Part shown: in pieces, positions 19,977 to 28,684 of the stretch | Layout of the letters: every line of letters starts with the position of its first letter | Numbering within the stretch: the first letter of the stretch is position 1 | IMG/VR virus record: IMGVR_UViG_3300024322_000001 | DNA: 64,000 nt | Origin: a virus | Lineage: Duplodnaviria; Caudoviricetes | Strand: one strand, 5' to 3' | Position numbers and translations under genes: made by a program | The notes under the pieces: model-generated | What the model was told of the DNA's origin: nothing | What the model saw: only the letters and a program-made list of their open reading frames with translations | Database searches by the model: none

Positions 19977-20483
19977 TTAAAATAAACTTAATTGAACAGG
20001 ATCGTTTTTCTTCTCGGTGAACTTATAAGCTCCCATAACCTTACGAGTAGGTTCGAACTTATTATTTTCCCAGTCTAGCAATTCTCCATCTTTAACAACT
20101 AGAGCATGCTTTGCGACTAGTACCATGAAGGTACCTGCTGGATGGGATTGCATAAAGCTTTTAAGAGTTTTCTGTCTCCAGATTTCTTCTCCTTTAAGCT
20201 TATATCTATTCTTTACTTCTTCTTTTTTAAGTCCGTAAATATCGAACTCCTTATTTCCTATCTTAAGACCTTCGTCTTGAGCTTTTAAAAAGGTAGTAGT
20301 TAAGTGTACGTTATTAGTACCTTTTTTATTTTCTCTACCCATTTCTTCTTTACAGAACGTATGAGCCGTTCTATAACTTACGCCTGTAGCAGCTGCAATC
20401 GAACGAACTACACAGTCATTCTTTTCTGCTTTAGCAATTTTACAATCTGTTTTTGAATAATTTTTGTTTACTGATAAATACAT
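19977..20483 (-). CDS. conserved phage protein (DCVVRAIA..H papain-like Cys/His pattern)
   Basis: NDCVVRSIA..TG..Y and KHALVVKDG..D motifs. Confidence 0.65.
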   Translation of the reverse strand: MYLSVNKNYSKTDCKIAKAEKNDCVVRSIAAATGVSYRTAHTFCKEEMGRENKKGTNNVHLTTTFLKAQDEGLKIGNKEFDIYGLKKEEVKNRYKLKGEEIWRQKTLKSFMQSHPAGTFMVLVAKHALVVKDGELLDWENNKFEPTRKVMGAYKFTEKKNDPVQLSLF

Positions 20484-20511
20484 AACCTTTATTTGTTTTA
20501 ATTAATAATCC

Positions 20512-20562
20512 TTAACCTTTATACCTAAATATACGAATAATTAAGTTCCTAGGCAACTATTT
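20512..20562 (-). repeat. 51-bp promoter-containing direct repeat, copy A
   Basis: 50/51 identical to 21738-21788; first 32 bp identical to 16472-16503. Confidence 0.9.
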
Positions 20563-20962
20563 GCTGGGCTATTTCCCGAATATGTTTACATTTTCTATGA
20601 GCTATATACCCCCAGCAGTCACAGCTTAGATTTCCTTTTGCATTATACCTTACAGTATACTCTTTACTACTTGAAGCAGATTTAAAAGTCCATTTCTTTT
20701 CCTCAACAAATAATTCCTCAAAAGGATTTTTCTGCACCACTATATCCTCAAATGTAGTTTCAGGATGAACCTCTGTCCAAGACGGCGTATGAATCTTCTT
20801 TCCGTCCTGCATCATAAATCCTCCTTTACCTACATTAGTATATGGAACTTCATACGTATGCCTAGTTACTTGAACTTGAGACATGGTACCCGGAAGATTC
20901 AAAGCTCCATCCGAGTACACTATCTCTTCTTTCCCATTATGTTTTACTTTCCACAACGCCAT
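20549..20962 (-). CDS. SWIM zinc-finger protein
   Basis: YTV......SCDC.G....CKH. Confidence 0.85.
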   Translation of the reverse strand: MALWKVKHNGKEEIVYSDGALNLPGTMSQVQVTRHTYEVPYTNVGKGGFMMQDGKKIHTPSWTEVHPETTFEDIVVQKNPFEELFVEEKKWTFKSASSSKEYTVRYNAKGNLSCDCWGYIAHRKCKHIREIAQQIVA

Positions 20963-20963
20963 A

Positions 20964-21710
20964 TTATTCAGTTACGTAAGTTCCCATCCAACCAATACGG
21001 TTAGGAGTACTAAGGTTAAACATTCTAACTGACATATCTCCACCTCTACGGTTTTTAGAGAAGAAGAAAGTTCTATCACCTTCTTTAGTCCATTTCATAT
21101 GAGCCATACCGGTCATCATATGCTTGAATCGATTACTACCAGCGAACTCTCCGCCTTTAGTAACTTGCTGAATAACTAAGAAAGCAGTATTGATATTGCT
21201 ATCATTCTCTCCCATATTATGCTTTTCAAATAAGTTAAGCAATTCAGTTTCAGCTTTCTTACCAGACATCCACCCTTTAGTAGTATCAACTACAGCATTC
21301 TGAATCTCTGCCATAGAATCGATTAGTACCGTATCCCATCCTTCTGATAAGATAGACTTAACAACATCTAAAGCATTATCCTCACAGTAGTCTCCCATAA
21401 ATAAAATAGGAAGCTGACCAAACTTAGGGTAACGTTTTACGTATCCAACCATATCAATCTGATTCATCTCACCTGAGATAAACAAAACCTTTTGACCTTT
21501 AGATTGTAAGTCAGCAAGCATATCAAGCATTACTGTAGTCTTACCAATTCCAGGATCACCTACGATAGCGTAATTAGTACCTTTCATTAAACCTCCTTCA
21601 GAAGAGAAGTGAGAGTCAATAACACGTCCAGATTTCATAGGACGGAACAATTGCGGATCAAAAGATAGATCCGACATTTTTACTGTTTTTAAATTCATAA
21701 CCTTTGTCAT
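20964..21710 (-). CDS. RecA-fold ATPase, RadA/Sms-like core only
   Basis: Walker A GDPGIGKT, LFISGE, Walker B VLIDS, QVTK.G.FAG, KNR.G. Confidence 0.85.
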   Translation of the reverse strand: MTKVMNLKTVKMSDLSFDPQLFRPMKSGRVIDSHFSSEGGLMKGTNYAIVGDPGIGKTTVMLDMLADLQSKGQKVLFISGEMNQIDMVGYVKRYPKFGQLPILFMGDYCEDNALDVVKSILSEGWDTVLIDSMAEIQNAVVDTTKGWMSGKKAETELLNLFEKHNMGENDSNINTAFLVIQQVTKGGEFAGSNRFKHMMTGMAHMKWTKEGDRTFFFSKNRRGGDMSVRMFNLSTPNRIGWMGTYVTE

Positions 21711-21737
21711 TTTATAACCTTTTTTAATTAATAACCT

Positions 21738-21788
21738 TTAACCTTTATACCTAAATATAAGAATAATTAAGTTCCTAGGCAACTATTT
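21738..21788 (-). repeat. 51-bp promoter-containing direct repeat, copy B
   Basis: see copy A. Confidence 0.9.
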
Positions 21789-21815
21789 CCACAACTATTT
21801 CCGGAAAAGTTTCAG

Positions 21816-22073
21816 TTATTTTCTTACTTTATGAAGATTACTTCCCCATCCGGTTCTTCTATCCATAGCAGCTATTGTTTTTGCAGCTTCAGGATCTTTT
21901 ATTATTTCAGTTTCACAGTAAGTAGTCTTTCCGGAAATAATATTTCTAACATACCACCTAGAGGTATCGCTACATTTTACACAGGACCTAGTATCAGGTA
22001 GAGCTTTTAACCTCAAAGGGTTAATTTTATTTTGACATTTACAACACTTCATATTAAAATGGTAATGGTTCAT
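21816..22073 (-). CDS. DksA/TraR-type C4 zinc-finger protein
   Basis: C..C...I.P.RL.ALP.T..CV.C. Confidence 0.8.
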   Translation of the reverse strand: MNHYHFNMKCCKCQNKINPLRLKALPDTRSCVKCSDTSRWYVRNIISGKTTYCETEIIKDPEAAKTIAAMDRRTGWGSNLHKVRK

Positions 22074-22284
22074 CCTTATCTTTAGAAGTAGGTGCTGATA
22101 TATCTTCTAATTTCCTATAAGACATAGAAGCAAAAGGCTGTTCACCTATCTCAGTAATTGAAGGTCTTCTATTATACCCATCTAAAGTATCTCTTAACTT
22201 ATGAGCTCTTTTACGAGCCATATAATCATTCTCTGCATATACATACATGTCCATCGTAACTACATAACGTTTTTTATCTTTCAT
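22054..22284 (-). CDS. hypothetical protein
   Basis: AAAGGTT-ATG leader; ends in DEPLPF acidic tail. Confidence 0.7.
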   Translation of the reverse strand: MKDKKRYVVTMDMYVYAENDYMARKRAHKLRDTLDGYNRRPSITEIGEQPFASMSYRKLEDISAPTSKDKDEPLPF

Positions 22285-22289
22285 AACCT

Positions 22290-22511
22290 TTATTTATAAT
22301 TGTATTTAAATTCATCTCTCAAAAACTCCAGTAAAGTTCTACCGAAGTCTGCTTCATAATCTCCTATCTCATTCCAATTAAAGATAAAAGCCTCAGCTAT
22401 CTGTTCTATAATAATATGATCTATAACTGGTACAGTTTCATTATTTAATTGCATTAACGAAATAGTATCGATTACTTCTCCTGCAACATAATCTTTAGTT
22501 AAATACCTCAT
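22290..22511 (-). CDS. hypothetical protein
   Basis: 73 aa, operonic. Confidence 0.6.
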   Translation of the reverse strand: MRYLTKDYVAGEVIDTISLMQLNNETVPVIDHIIIEQIAEAFIFNWNEIGDYEADFGRTLLEFLRDEFKYNYK

Positions 22512-22690
22512 ATAGAATATACTTTATCATTTCCATCACAAAGAACTAAACAGTCATCAGAATCGACAACATATCTATTCATACCTCTATATTCAATAAG
22601 AGTACATTTAGTTTTTACAGGACTATTATCTGGAAAGCTGAGCCCGTCCATGTAAAATTCATCACCAACTTTCATATCACTTAATATCAT
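22508..22690 (-). CDS. small SH3-like early protein
   Basis: LSDMKVGDEF; early promoter plus AAAGGTT. Confidence 0.65.
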   Translation of the reverse strand: MILSDMKVGDEFYMDGLSFPDNSPVKTKCTLIEYRGMNRYVVDSDDCLVLCDGNDKVYSI

Positions 22691-22761
22691 AACCTTTATT
22701 ATTTAATACTTAAATATAAGAAGAATAATGCAGAAAAGCAACTTTTTTTTAAGTTAATTGT

Positions 22762-22998
22762 TTAACTGCATCCTCCTTTTATCTCTTTATACAGTTCGTC
22801 TGCATAACCAGCAGGGTCTTGGATGTGTTGTGCAGTAGATTCCATTTTACCTATTAAACAGTTTTTAAAATGTTTACCACTTTTACCTTTCAGTAAAGTT
22901 TCTATTGCACATGCTTTCATCCAAGTTCTTGGGTCATTTCCTTGAACTGAAGTTCTTACATTATTAATTGCTTCAATACACACTATTGGGTTTGCCAT
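22762..22998 (-). CDS. small 4-Cys hypothetical protein
   Basis: 78 aa ORF on the coding strand. Confidence 0.65.
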   Translation of the reverse strand: MANPIVCIEAINNVRTSVQGNDPRTWMKACAIETLLKGKSGKHFKNCLIGKMESTAQHIQDPAGYADELYKEIKGGCS

Positions 22999-23217
22999 AA
23001 TTTATTATCTAGTTGTAAATGTATGTAGAGAGAATAAAATTAATCCTGATAATAAGACTCCTAAAATTGCTCTATCATTTTGAGTTACCTGGGTTCGATC
23101 TTTTCTTTCCCAAGACGGTTTAGAGGCTCCGCAACTGAATGTTAAGGAACATACTAATAGTACTGCTAAAATTTTCTTTTTCATTTTGTATAATTTAAGG
23201 TTAGTTTACCTATCTAA

Positions 23218-23739
23218 TTATACTCTAGGCTTCCCCATCATTACCTTTCGGTGTTTGTCACCTCCTATCACTCTATCATATGATCCATCGCCGTGCCATA
23301 CAATATTCTTTCCTTTCAAAGCAGCTCTTACTGTTTCTTCATCATCAACAATAGCTACTCCTTTAGCTTTAAGTATATCTAAAATCTTTCCCGAAACTTC
23401 TATGTAGTAACCATTTTTATTTAAGCTAGTTACTGTCTTGGCAACTGCTGCTCTTTTAGCTGGTTTAGTACCATCATGTCCCATTCCGACTAACTTAGTT
23501 CCTCCTGCTCTTTGCTTAGTCATTATAACTGCATCTTCGTCTTCATCATCATCTAAGTCAATAACACTGTAACCAGATGCTGCAGATGCAATATCTTCTG
23601 GACCAGTAACGTTAGGATGTCCTCCAAGAGGAGCATAAGCAGTATTTATTAAAGTAAATAAATCATCTTTATCATCTTGAACCTCTGCTGAGGAAAGTGG
23701 TCTCCAGTTATTTTCTAATAAAATCTTAAGCAGTTTCAT
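23218..23739 (-). CDS. hypothetical late protein
   Basis: MKLLKILLE start, LI..AY..LGG motif; late motif 23755-23762. Confidence 0.7.
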   Translation of the reverse strand: MKLLKILLENNWRPLSSAEVQDDKDDLFTLINTAYAPLGGHPNVTGPEDIASAASGYSVIDLDDDEDEDAVIMTKQRAGGTKLVGMGHDGTKPAKRAAVAKTVTSLNKNGYYIEVSGKILDILKAKGVAIVDDEETVRAALKGKNIVWHGDGSYDRVIGGDKHRKVMMGKPRV

Positions 23740-24199
23740 TTAATACGACTTTATTATAAATATCTTTAAAAACATTTAACGTCGTTCTATGTCCCATACC
23801 TTCAATTTCAGTCCAGGACTTAGCTAAATCTTTATGAACTCTAGTAGCTTTAGGATCAATAACATCATCCTCTATACCGACGACGAAGTTTCTATCCCAA
23901 TTAGTTTCACCATAAGGAAGATTTATCTCAATACTCCTACTATGAAGAGCAGGATTAAATAGTAACACCTCAACATTAAAGTGACTAGCAATAGCATCAG
24001 CAAAATAACCACCCATGCTACTACCGATAATCAGATCAGGTTTACCTTCTTTAATAATTTTTCTATATAATTCTCCGAAGAGACGATGATTAGTATAATC
24101 CATAGCAGGAGCAAAAACTTCATCAGCAACTTCTTTTAAGAAATCTACCTTAGGTCCTCCAACCGTCGATTCCAATCCATGTAAATACCAAACATTCAT
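23726..24199 (-). CDS. alpha/beta hydrolase (YqiA-like esterase)
   Basis: YLHG.ES, GSSMGG nucleophile elbow, FNPA, D.VI, GH. Confidence 0.9.
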   Translation of the reverse strand: MNVWYLHGLESTVGGPKVDFLKEVADEVFAPAMDYTNHRLFGELYRKIIKEGKPDLIIGSSMGGYFADAIASHFNVEVLLFNPALHSRSIEINLPYGETNWDRNFVVGIEDDVIDPKATRVHKDLAKSWTEIEGMGHRTTLNVFKDIYNKVVLNETA

Positions 24200-24259
24200 A
24201 TCGTAACTTTATATCTAAATATAAGAAAAATAATGCAGACTAGCAACTTTTTAAGTAAC

Positions 24260-24514
24260 TTAATTATCTATTGACTTCATTACTCTTTTCATAAACCCAT
24301 TCAAAGCATCTCGTTGAGTAGCTCCTTCTGTTATTAATTTTTTTACTTCCATTGCACCTTCTAAATTAGATAACAACTCACCAATTACTTCAATTTCGTT
24401 ATCTGTAATACTTCTTGCTTCGGCAATTGATAGTAGAACCTCGATAGCTTCTTCAAAGTAATCTTCGTCAAATTGTTCTTGCTGAACTAGGTGTTTTATT
24501 AATGGTAATTTCAT
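24260..24514 (-). CDS. Bacteroidota-type conserved small protein (DUF6952-like)
   Basis: MKLPLIKHL..EDY.EE.IEVL..VIGELLSN..GA..ALNGFMKRV. Confidence 0.6.
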   Translation of the reverse strand: MKLPLIKHLVQQEQFDEDYFEEAIEVLLSIAEARSITDNEIEVIGELLSNLEGAMEVKKLITEGATQRDALNGFMKRVMKSIDN

Positions 24515-24530
24515 ATTTATCGTCTTTAGG

Positions 24531-24604
24531 TGGACCTACCTGGGCTCGAACCAGGGACCTATTCATTATGAGTGAAGTGCTCTAACCAACTGAGCTATAA
24601 GTCC
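24531..24604 (-). tRNA. tRNA with CAT anticodon, probably tRNA-Ile2 (lysidine type)
   Basis: cloverleaf GGACTTA/TAGGTCC, D arm GCTC/GAGC, loop CT-CAT-AA, T loop TTCGAGC; paired 1-72 and body resembling bacterial Ile2; CCA not encoded. Confidence 0.9.
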
Positions 24605-24976
24605 TTATTTTCTACCTCTCCAATTATGTGTCTGTGCATGGCAATTGCAGCATAAAACATCTATATTTTCTCTGTAATTATTCTTCTTATTACCGTCTTT
24701 GTGATGAATCTCTAAAATTATTTTTTCACCCATCCAACTCTCTAAACCACAGCACTCACAATTAGTAACATCTTCTAATAAGTACCTTCTTACAGTACCT
24801 ATATCTTTTACTTCATGAAGAGGCTTTCTTTTCTTCTTCCAAGTTTCTTTACTCTTAGCTATCTTTTCAGGGTTACTGTTAATAGCTTTCATCATTTTAT
24901 TCCACTCAGGACCTCTTTCCTTAGCTCTTAAAATGTTTGTTTCTTTAATTTTTCTTTTAGTTTCTTCAGTATGCAT
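24605..24976 (-). mobile_element. free-standing HNH homing endonuclease between two tRNAs
   Basis: NUMOD3-like HTEETKRKI; CECC..LEIHHKDGN..NN..EN...LC.NCH. Confidence 0.85.
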
Positions 24977-25009
24977 AGTACGTCTTTCTTTATTATAAAT
25001 AGTCGTACT
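24977..25009 (-). promoter_or_regulatory. hairpin containing a late-type promoter, abutting the HNH start codon
   Basis: AGTACG-ACTATTTATAATAAAGAAAGA-CGTACT-ATG. Confidence 0.7.
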
Positions 25010-25013
25010 TTAG

Positions 25014-25085
25014 TGAACCCGGCAGGAATCGAACCTACATTAGAAGCTTAGAAGGCTACTGTTCTATCCGTTGAACTACGGGTCC
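25014..25085 (-). tRNA. tRNA-Arg(TCT)
   Basis: GGACCCG/CGGGTTC acceptor, GTTC/GAAC D arm, loop CT-TCT-AA, T loop TTCGATT. Confidence 0.92.
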
Positions 25086-25091
25086 TTCTTG

Positions 25092-25364
25092 TTAGAAGTT
25101 CTCTGCCAAGATTTTGTTTATATCATCTCTTGACTGCCATCCCCTTACATCTTCATCTCCTTCAACAAGGACCTCAAAGCTAGAAGCATCTTCTACTCTC
25201 TGACATTCAGCTCTATTTCCATCTCTCGATGTACTGTATAACCCTTCCCCACATACTATTGATATGGTTTTTCCACCTTTGCTTTTTGAACCTCTAATTT
25301 GAGTCATAATAGCTCCCTTAATATGAGGGTGATCTAAGAATAATAAATTATCAAATGTTAACAT
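25092..25364 (-). CDS. hypothetical protein (start revised to MLTFDNL)
   Basis: upstream extension overlaps the previous gene and a hairpin; ISIV.G.GLY..FEV...DVRGW motif. Confidence 0.65.
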   Translation of the reverse strand: MLTFDNLLFLDHPHIKGAIMTQIRGSKSKGGKTISIVCGEGLYSTSRDGNRAECQRVEDASSFEVLVEGDEDVRGWQSRDDINKILAENF

Positions 25365-25426
25365 TTTTTTTAGTTTTAAGGTTAGGATCAAGGGGCAGGA
25401 CGCCCCCATCTCCAGGTTATGAATCT

Positions 25427-26194
25427 TTATGCTGTTAGTACGTAGTCTCTGTATTGCGATAGAAGACAATCAATATTGCTCATTCTAACTTTATCGTATA
25501 CTCTTGGTTCTTGTCCGTAAGTGCTAACTTTAATAGTAGCAGATTTTCCGGAAGCAGTTTTATCAAGAATCTTAACGGAAGTAATACCTCTAATAGTCCA
25601 GTCCCATCTCAAATCAATAGAACCTTTCTTATCTCCATCAAACACTAATCCTTCTTCCTCTAATAGAGATTTAGCTCTATCTAAAAAAGTTTGATTTTTC
25701 TCATCTTTTAGTTTATTAATATCAGCTTCACAAGTCCATTTAGCATTTCTAGCAGCTCTATACTCCTCAGCAAAGTTATCTTTACATAAGTTAAACTTAG
25801 CAATGATATCATCTCTGTGATCCAATAGTACCTTAGCAACTTCACCAGCAGTAAATAATCTTTCTAATTCCCACTGAGAGTTATCGTTAGTAGAGTACAT
25901 GCTAGTTTCAATGTCAGTAAACTCACCAGTTTTCCAATCATCTCTAAATCTCAGAGTAATCAATTCTCTGTCGTATTTATATTCCTTATTAGGACGTTTG
26001 ACTTCGAAAGTAGTACCGTAATCATGATGTAAGTAAACATCATCTAGAGTAAACTCTCCTCTAAAATATTCTTGAATGATTTCGAAATATTGGGCTTCTC
26101 TTTTCTTTTCTACTTCACTATAAGTATTAGTAAGTTCTTTGAGCTCCTCGCTCTTCTTTTCGATGATTTGATCTAAAATTTGTCCTTTTGTCAT
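25427..26194 (-). CDS. early hypothetical protein
   Basis: 255 aa; promoter plus AAAGGTT-ATG. Confidence 0.8.
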   Translation of the reverse strand: MTKGQILDQIIEKKSEELKELTNTYSEVEKKREAQYFEIIQEYFRGEFTLDDVYLHHDYGTTFEVKRPNKEYKYDRELITLRFRDDWKTGEFTDIETSMYSTNDNSQWELERLFTAGEVAKVLLDHRDDIIAKFNLCKDNFAEEYRAARNAKWTCEADINKLKDEKNQTFLDRAKSLLEEEGLVFDGDKKGSIDLRWDWTIRGITSVKILDKTASGKSATIKVSTYGQEPRVYDKVRMSNIDCLLSQYRDYVLTA

Positions 26195-26257
26195 AACCTT
26201 TATTTTTACCTTTTTAATTATACTTAAATATACGAATAATAATGCAGGGAAGCAACT

Positions 26258-26449
26258 TTATTTAAATATATCTGTAAAGAAATTGTGTAAAAATACTAAA
26301 AGCGTGATAGGCCAAAATAGAATATGTACCATTCTTTCTGAGTTGGTCCAAGGGTTGTTGTAAGGAGGTTGTAGATTTTTAGTAGTAAACCTCTCTAACC
26401 AGAATGACCAAACCACTCCGATCATAGCATATAATAGTATAGTTTGCAT
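26258..26449 (-). CDS. small membrane protein
   Basis: 2 TM, ILFWPI motif. Confidence 0.7.
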   Translation of the reverse strand: MQTILLYAMIGVVWSFWLERFTTKNLQPPYNNPWTNSERMVHILFWPITLLVFLHNFFTDIFK

Positions 26450-26453
26450 ATTT

Positions 26454-26798
26454 TTAATTTAATGAGTTAATAAAATGGATCGTCCAGGCTATGAGCCCGT
26501 TTAACTGAAGGGCGACTAAGTTCCATTGTTTCCTAATAGTAACTTGGATTAGTACACATATAAATCCTATAATAAATAAGGCTGGGTGCACTGTCCATTG
26601 ACCAGCAATTAGAAAACCTACACCCATATACCCTATTCTACTTCCTAACCTCTCGGTAGGTGTTAATCTTCTATCCTGTACCATAAGTCTAAGGTAGTAG
26701 TGCCACCATTTAAACTCACATTTTCTACAGGTTTTCTTTTCCTTATTTTTAAACAGGAAATCAGGTTTGCTATGTTTACACTTATTACACTTTCTCAT
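26454..26798 (-). CDS. C4 zinc-finger plus multi-TM membrane protein
   Basis: C..C-x17-C..C followed by about 3 hydrophobic helices. Confidence 0.65.
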   Translation of the reverse strand: MRKCNKCKHSKPDFLFKNKEKKTCRKCEFKWWHYYLRLMVQDRRLTPTERLGSRIGYMGVGFLIAGQWTVHPALFIIGFICVLIQVTIRKQWNLVALQLNGLIAWTIHFINSLN

Positions 26799-27385
26799 AA
26801 ATGTAAATCTTTTCTAATATCTTCCTTAACAGTTCTCAAATACTTTCTACGTTTTTTGTTAGTAACAAATGGTACAGACCAAAATTGTTTTGTTTTAGTC
26901 CATCTATTAAGATTCCAACCAAATACGAATGTATATACACCCATAACTAAACGTAACTTAACAGAGTTTAAGTACAATGTAACTACAGGAAGCATTGGTG
27001 CCCCATGAGTAATGTAGGTACGTACTTTTTTCTTTTTGAAGAACGGTTTTGGGTAAGCATATTTACCAAAAAGAGGAACAAACTTATATGCAAAACCAGG
27101 AATAAATACTTCATCGAAAAACATTTCTAATTTAGGAGTTAACCTAAACCACCATACCGGAGAAACAAAATAGATATGAGTACTCCAAGTAACTAAACTT
27201 CTATACTCCTCTATTAAATCTTTTCTATCTCTATGCAGCTTATCATCGTACAAATCTATAATACGGTAATTAGACTTGTATCTCTTCATTTGCCTAACTA
27301 TCGTTTTAAATATACCGTTATAGCAAAAGGAATTTTTATCTGGGTGTCCTATGACTACTAAGTGCTTTGTATTGCTATTATGCAT
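26795..27385 (-). CDS. NAD(P)H:quinone oxidoreductase-like (flavodoxin_2 fold)
   Basis: LVVIGHP...SF, IDLY, PVWW..TP.L..FFD.VF.PGFAY. Confidence 0.85.
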   Translation of the reverse strand: MHNSNTKHLVVIGHPDKNSFCYNGIFKTIVRQMKRYKSNYRIIDLYDDKLHRDRKDLIEEYRSLVTWSTHIYFVSPVWWFRLTPKLEMFFDEVFIPGFAYKFVPLFGKYAYPKPFFKKKKVRTYITHGAPMLPVVTLYLNSVKLRLVMGVYTFVFGWNLNRWTKTKQFWSVPFVTNKKRRKYLRTVKEDIRKDLHL

Positions 27386-27389
27386 AACT

Positions 27390-27659
27390 TTAATTTACAT
27401 CCTCCTTCTTGTCTTTAGCTCTACTAAGGTACATCTCTTGTTGTCTGAGAGATTTGTTCTTTATTCTGCTAACCTTATCATGAGGGTATCTAGTATTTAG
27501 GTTATACTTTCTCATACTATCTGTCTGACCATGTCTTGCATAGTACCCAGGATAATTTTCTTCTCTATTCTTATTATGGTTATAAAATATATTCCACATC
27601 AAGAAACCTACGTAGGCAGCAAATATAAAGAAACCTACTATAAACATTGCTACACTCAT
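27390..27659 (-). CDS. small membrane-anchored protein
   Basis: N-terminal TM. Confidence 0.65.
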   Translation of the reverse strand: MSVAMFIVGFFIFAAYVGFLMWNIFYNHNKNREENYPGYYARHGQTDSMRKYNLNTRYPHDKVSRIKNKSLRQQEMYLSRAKDKKEDVN

Positions 27660-27826
27660 CTGTCTCGTCTTTGTCTAATGGCTATGGCAAATAGTAAAAT
27701 AGTTCCTGCCCAATGAGCTGAGTATTGAGCCTCTTCTGTGTATCCGAATAATCCTAATCCAATTGAATAGCACATACAAATGAATGCTATAACTATCGGG
27801 TAATAAGTGTTTAAAAATTGTTTCAT
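27656..27826 (-). CDS. small 2-TM protein (56 aa, not in ORF track)
   Basis: MKQFLNTYYPIVIAF...; overlaps both neighbours by 4 bp. Confidence 0.65.
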   Translation of the reverse strand: MKQFLNTYYPIVIAFICMCYSIGLGLFGYTEEAQYSAHWAGTILLFAIAIRQRRDR

Positions 27827-28083
27827 AACTTTTGATTTTTAGATTTAAATCTGCTTCCTGCAGATGTTGCTTTATGTTTTGTTTTTCTTCCTTTTACTCT
27901 TTTCCTCCATAGTTCAAAGGAACTTCGTTTTAAATTTTCTCTCATTAATTTACGGACATCATTTTCTTTTAGTCCGAATTGATATTCAATAGCATCGAAT
28001 GGAGTTCTATCCTCCCAAGCCATTTCAATAACCCTATCGACATACTCATCATGAGTAATATATGCACTACCGCTTAAACACAT
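27823..28083 (-). CDS. TIGR03643 / DUF2805 family protein
   Basis: RVIEMAWEDRTPFDAI..QFGL.E..V..LMR..LK.SSF.LWRKRV.GR.TKH. Confidence 0.9.
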   Translation of the reverse strand: MCLSGSAYITHDEYVDRVIEMAWEDRTPFDAIEYQFGLKENDVRKLMRENLKRSSFELWRKRVKGRKTKHKATSAGSRFKSKNQKL

Positions 28084-28095
28084 TATCTATTTTTT

Positions 28096-28461
28096 TTATT
28101 TCCAAAATACTTGAACGCATATTAGTATTAGAGCCAGTACAAGACTAACAGAAGTCTTAGTTGTTATACCTTCGTTGAAAAAATAACTTACAAGTATAGC
28201 ATAAATAACCATTCCTATTCCGAAACCTACAAACCGAGCTGGCCATAAGAGATTATTAATTCCGGAAACAGTGTACTTAGTACCCCAAATATAAAAGAAC
28301 GATAAAACTATTCCTGATGCGGCTACTATGAGTTCATTATTTCTAAACCAATCGGTTTTTAGAAATTGTCCATTAAGTTGAAAAAAGGTGAGTATATGAG
28401 CAACTATAAATGCCATACTCCCAATAAATAAATCATATAATTTCATACTATAAAATTTCAT
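28096..28461 (-). CDS. 4-TM membrane protein (SMR/DMT-like size)
   Basis: four hydrophobic helices, LWPARFVGF, F.EG motif. Confidence 0.65.
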   Translation of the reverse strand: MKFYSMKLYDLFIGSMAFIVAHILTFFQLNGQFLKTDWFRNNELIVAASGIVLSFFYIWGTKYTVSGINNLLWPARFVGFGIGMVIYAILVSYFFNEGITTKTSVSLVLALILICVQVFWK

Positions 28462-28684
28462 CTTTTGTTACTATTATCATTCCTTCGTTATAAGTTGGAA
28501 TATGGTAACTAAATTTGTGAGGTAAGATTACCTCTTTGATAATACTATCTTGCATAGTTTTAGACTTGCCTGTGATAATTTCAGCGACCATCACTCTATC
28601 AAAAGAAGCTTCTATCAAAAAAGACTCTGCTTCTAAGATAGCTTCTTCATGAGATAGTCCATGTAAATCTAAGTTATGATTCAT
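28448..28684 (-). CDS. Smr-domain protein (start revised to MNHNL)
   Basis: LDLHG..HEEA...IITG.S...NEG. Confidence 0.8.
   Translation of the reverse strand: MNHNLDLHGLSHEEAILEAESFLIEASFDRVMVAEIITGKSKTMQDSIIKEVILPHKFSYHIPTYNEGMIIVTKDEIL

Noticed and set aside
24531-24604. Initiator tRNA-fMet
   Set aside because: It has a paired G1-C72 and lacks the three consecutive G-C pairs in the anticodon stem
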